Source of the DNA: Trichosphaerium sp. ATCC 40318
Taxonomy: Eukaryota > Protista > Tubulinea
Direction of reading: 5' to 3'
Assembly: GCA_038496445.1 (NCBI GenBank)
Contig: JALMLS010000510.1
Location: forward strand, 62,001-126,000
DNA: 64,000 nucleotides
Made by a program: the position numbers and the translations under genes. The stretch's first letter is position 1; each line of letters begins with the position of its first letter. The notes under the pieces were generated by a model that searched no databases, had not been told where the DNA came from, and worked only from the letters and a program-made list of their open reading frames with translations. This document shows positions 60,228 to 64,000 of this stretch, in pieces.

Positions 60228-62602
60228 TTAAAATAAAATTCTATCAATACAACGTGAAGTTGTATAAGGAAAAAACCATACCAAAGAGATAAATATCCAT
60301 ATTGCCAACAGATAGTATTTAGCTTGTGCAGCACCACGATGAAACTTCTCACCACTAACTGGCGTTGAAGGTGTAGGTGATGTCGATGGTGAGGTAAATC
60401 CGGTAGATGGCGTTGGTGGTGGCGTTGATCCAGTGGATGGCTCCAGTTGTGCTACAGGAGCAATTGCTGTCTGCGTTGGAGAGTTGGTGGCAATTGTTTG
60501 GGGTGGATTTGTTAAGAAACGTGTTGGAGGTAGCGATAAACTATAACAAGATGGTGCCAAAGTGTTATTGAACACCCAACCAAGACCTTAATTGTAAAAA
60601 TTAGCCAAGAGCTTTTCTTTTAGTTGTAGTTAATGACTTACTTTCAAGAATTGAAATCTCTGCTGGTTGCAACTCTCGTTTAAGTTGACCATGATATAGA
60701 CCATGGTTCATTACAGCTTGTGGCATAGCTGTAGCATCAATATGTGACATGCTTGATCCTCTATAAAATAGTATTTAATCACGTGATTTGCTTTAATTGG
60801 TAGGCATGTCTTTGTTTGTATTATTTTGTTTGTAAGCTAGTTTTACAAAATATTGTACCTCCTAAACGTTGAAGGGAAATACAGTTGGGGTAGAGTATCA
60901 CAAGCTTCAGTTTCATGTGATTTGTATACTATTGGTCCAGCGGCACCTCTTCAAAAAGTTAGCTTCAGGATGATAGTTTTTTCGATAGGAGCGTTGTACG
61001 TTAATCCGCTAGTTGGGGTACGCAGTGATCCAACGCTACTAAATAACAATGTGGTAAAATTTTGAAGATACATTGAACGCTCAAATCTTGTTCTGAAGTT
61101 CGTAAGCTAAAACAAAGACAATCAGCTAGTTTTTGTGTTTCTTTTTTTTTTTCCTTGTTTTTTTTCTGCTCTTTTCCACATACCCCAGTGCTTGACGAGC
61201 CATCTGCAACTACAAAATAAGTTAGATGACTGAAAAATAAGAATGTAACAACGCACGTGTAAGACTAGTAAAGCCAAATCCGTGTATAATCTCGTGAAGA
61301 AGAACAGTATAAAAATCATACCTACATAGAAAAAATTATGTCTTTGCTTACCAAAACGTTAAGTAGTTAGTTTATACGTAGAATTTGTTATGTTGGTGCC
61401 CATAGAGAAATGGTATTCTACGTTAAAAGCATAAGTACAAAAAGAAAAGCGGAGCTTCAGTGATAGTGAGGAAGTGTTTCCAAAAACAAAGTACTATCTG
61501 CATCCTTCACAGTTTTTTAAAAAAATCAAAAGCCCTCTAAAGTATTTTCTACAGACGAGGGCTAAAATAATACACTCGTGCCTGAATGATACGGACAAAA
61601 GATCCCAAAAAACCCGAAAATTTTGGTAATTTTTATTTCCTTTTGGGTTTTTTGAGATTGTACACTCATTCGGTACTACTTTTACTAAAATAATAAACGT
61701 ACCTGCTCCAAAGTTAACAGTAACAGATATATCAGGGTTACTAAATTGAGGAAACGGCTTGACATTGCGCTCATAACGTAATGTAGCAGCACCACGGTTA
61801 AAGCTGTTTCTGAAACCAACCCAGAATGTTCCAGCTGATGCTAACCTTGATCCATTTTGCACATTTTCAGAAGCCTCAAAAGTAACTGACAGAGTTCTCT
61901 TTGCTAAAACACAACACTTGTTTAGTTTTGTACTGAATGACGTAGTAGTACAATAACAAGGTACCTTTGTTTCTGTTTGGAAAGTCAAGAATACCTCCTA
62001 AGTATTGTAGTACCTCAACAACTATAGCTTGCGCCTAGACTTCCTTGTTAATAGATTTTTGGACATGACCACAACTGAAAATGGTATAATCTCCTGAAGT
62101 CTCCACATTAGTATAAAACTTACCTGATCGCCGTTTGTAGGACTATCAAATCCAATGCCTGTACCATTGACGCAATCTGTAAAAAGCACTTCCCATGAAA
62201 TAGTACGAGAATCAACCTGTTGAGGTGAGTTAGAGGCGCTGGTAGAGATTTCGAGTTAAGTGTTGCTTACAATCAGTGTAGGTGTTGACCTTTTCTCAGT
62301 GCTAGACAGCGATTTGTATATTTGTTTACACTCTGTGCCGTAGCACTGGAATGCTTGTGGCTCTGTAAAAATATTAGATGGGTGATAAGAACTCTGTGGT
62401 ACCTTCTTCAGACGTGGCATAGATACTCAAAATCAGAGTTAATATGATTATAACGTACAAGCACTTTGGTGTCATGTGGCTTTGTGTAAAGAGTGAGTAT
62501 ATTATGTACTTCCTTTAAAAAAAAAAGTCCACAAACTTCGTTTGTAAATTCTTCGAGATTTCTAGTGTCTATGACGCTATTTTGTAGCACAAGTATAGAC
62601 AT
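60228..62602 (-). CDS. Surface zinc metalloprotease-like protein (HEIIHGFGF) with Pro/Ser/Thr stalk and hydrophobic C-terminus; 5' exons uncertain
   Basis: Exon at ~61257-61321 reads YDFYTVLLHEIIHGFGFTS; later LYFPSTF..GSSMSHID...AVM...LGW; PST-rich stalk, then YYLLAIWIFISLVWFF. Confidence 0.7.
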
Positions 62603-63270
62603 GTAACGACACCGCTTCTAAAATCGCTAGTGATTGTAATCAGCTACTAAAATAAGGTTGTAAGAGCCCGAATTGTAATCCTACATTTTTACTATTTAAT
62701 ATTTTTTAGGCAACCCACGTGAGTTTCTCAAATTTTAAGAAAAACCCGAAGCGGTGTAAACGATACCCGACGTAGGATTTCACTCAAAATCACACATTGG
62801 GTAGTTAAGAAATGATGTAATATACTTGGTACGACCTTGCTGCTTTTATTTTCAGAAATGATCACTTTCCTCATCATTCGTGACGTAAGTATCATCTATA
62901 CTGTAATAGCACAGTGGGATTACTGGTGCTCCGGATAGTTAATAGACGTTAAACATGCTATAGAAACTGTAAGTTCAGCGTGTAAATGAGGGTTAAAAAA
63001 AATGGTTACGGACGTGATGAGACGTTTTTTGAGGTTCGATTCATTGATCAATCGCATGCTTATAGTTCTTGTCTTTGTTGTTATGAACTTTACCGAAAAT
63101 ATTGTAAAGAGGTGTTTTATATCCTTCAGTTTTCCACAACATACTACTAAACGGCAATATTACAAGGTTGAGTAAGTGACAGCATTCGAACAAAAAGGTT
63201 TATTGATTTGTTTTGCTTTGAGGAACACGATCCAAAGCAAACAGCTCTGAGATGTAGTCGCTGCGGTTTT

Positions 63271-64000
63271 TCAAGCATCTTGTACCTTCTTGGTAACTGA
63301 TTTAATGATACCTACAGCCACAGTCTAGATATAAAAAGTAAGCACGTGAAGGAACAACCGATGAATAGTTAAACAAAAGAAATGGTACCTTGTTCATATC
63401 ACGGATTGCAAAACGACCAAGAGGAGGCATATCCTTGAATGCTTCACAGCAAAGTGGCTTGGTAGGAATTAAGCGAACCATTGCAGAGTCTCCTTGTTTG
63501 AGATAAGCAGGATTCTTTTCTGTCACTTCGTTCGTCTTGCGATCAAGCTTTGTCAAGAGTTCGGCAAAGCGGCATGCAGTACGAGCAGTGTGAATGTCTA
63601 GAAGAGAAGAAACGTAAGTATTAAAACACAAAAAGCTAAAAAAGACAACTTACCAAAGACCGGGCTGTATCCAGCAAAGATCTTCTTTGGGTGGTATATG
63701 ATGATGATTTGAGCAACGAATTCAGTCACTTCAGCAAGAGGTACTGACCCACCAATCTCACCAATGACTGTACCACGTTCTACTTGCTTTACAGAGACAC
63801 CTCTCAAGTTTACACCTACATTGTCACCGGGACCAGCCTGTGTCATCTGGGTATTGTGCATCTCTATAGATCTCACTTCAGCCGTTAAACCAGACGGTGC
63901 GAGTTTCACCTTTTGGCCGGCTTTGATAAGACCTGCTTCGATACGCCCAGTGACAACAGTACCGTAACCTTTGATTTTGTAGACACTTTGAATTGGCATT
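63271..64000 (-). CDS. Divergent EF-1alpha-like translational GTPase, domains II-III (5' part outside window)
   Basis: [55 protein letters not shown]; two introns. Confidence 0.88.

Noticed and set aside
63010-63060. tRNA- or snoRNA-like motifs (ggttcgattc; gtgatga)
   Set aside because: No cloverleaf stems and no matching box D.

Overview
Gene-dense, AT-rich, intron-rich nuclear DNA from a microbial eukaryote, most likely an amoeba (countin homologue, Clu-TPR protein, Ras expansion; this is inference, not a taxonomic search). The standard genetic code applies. Most genes are split by short spliceosomal introns, so the ORF track is fragmentary; I rebuilt about 28 gene models by hand, and exon boundaries are approximate where stated. 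Main observations: (1) Eight F-box genes lie in 64 kb, carrying three kinds of substrate module. Four are intronless 'GVHTI' LRR genes whose 63/66-nt repeats vary mainly at concave-face positions and differ in content and order between two close paralogues (both disrupted). Two are F-box + MORN-variant genes and two are F-box + small-GTPase fusions. Together they form a candidate diversifying ubiquitin-ligase receptor repertoire. (2) Splicing is unusual: about ten GC-AG introns with a GCACGT/GCATGT donor, some lacking the usual exonic AG, and long introns folded into hairpins, including a ~150-nt pre-miRNA-like stem. (3) An inverted ~2-kb duplication of a GPI-anchored mucin-like surface gene shows patchy amino-acid divergence. 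(4) Odd proteins include an RRM + PARP-regulatory domain protein with no catalytic domain and a Ras with natural G12A+Q61H. No rRNA, tRNA, CRISPR or transposase was found.
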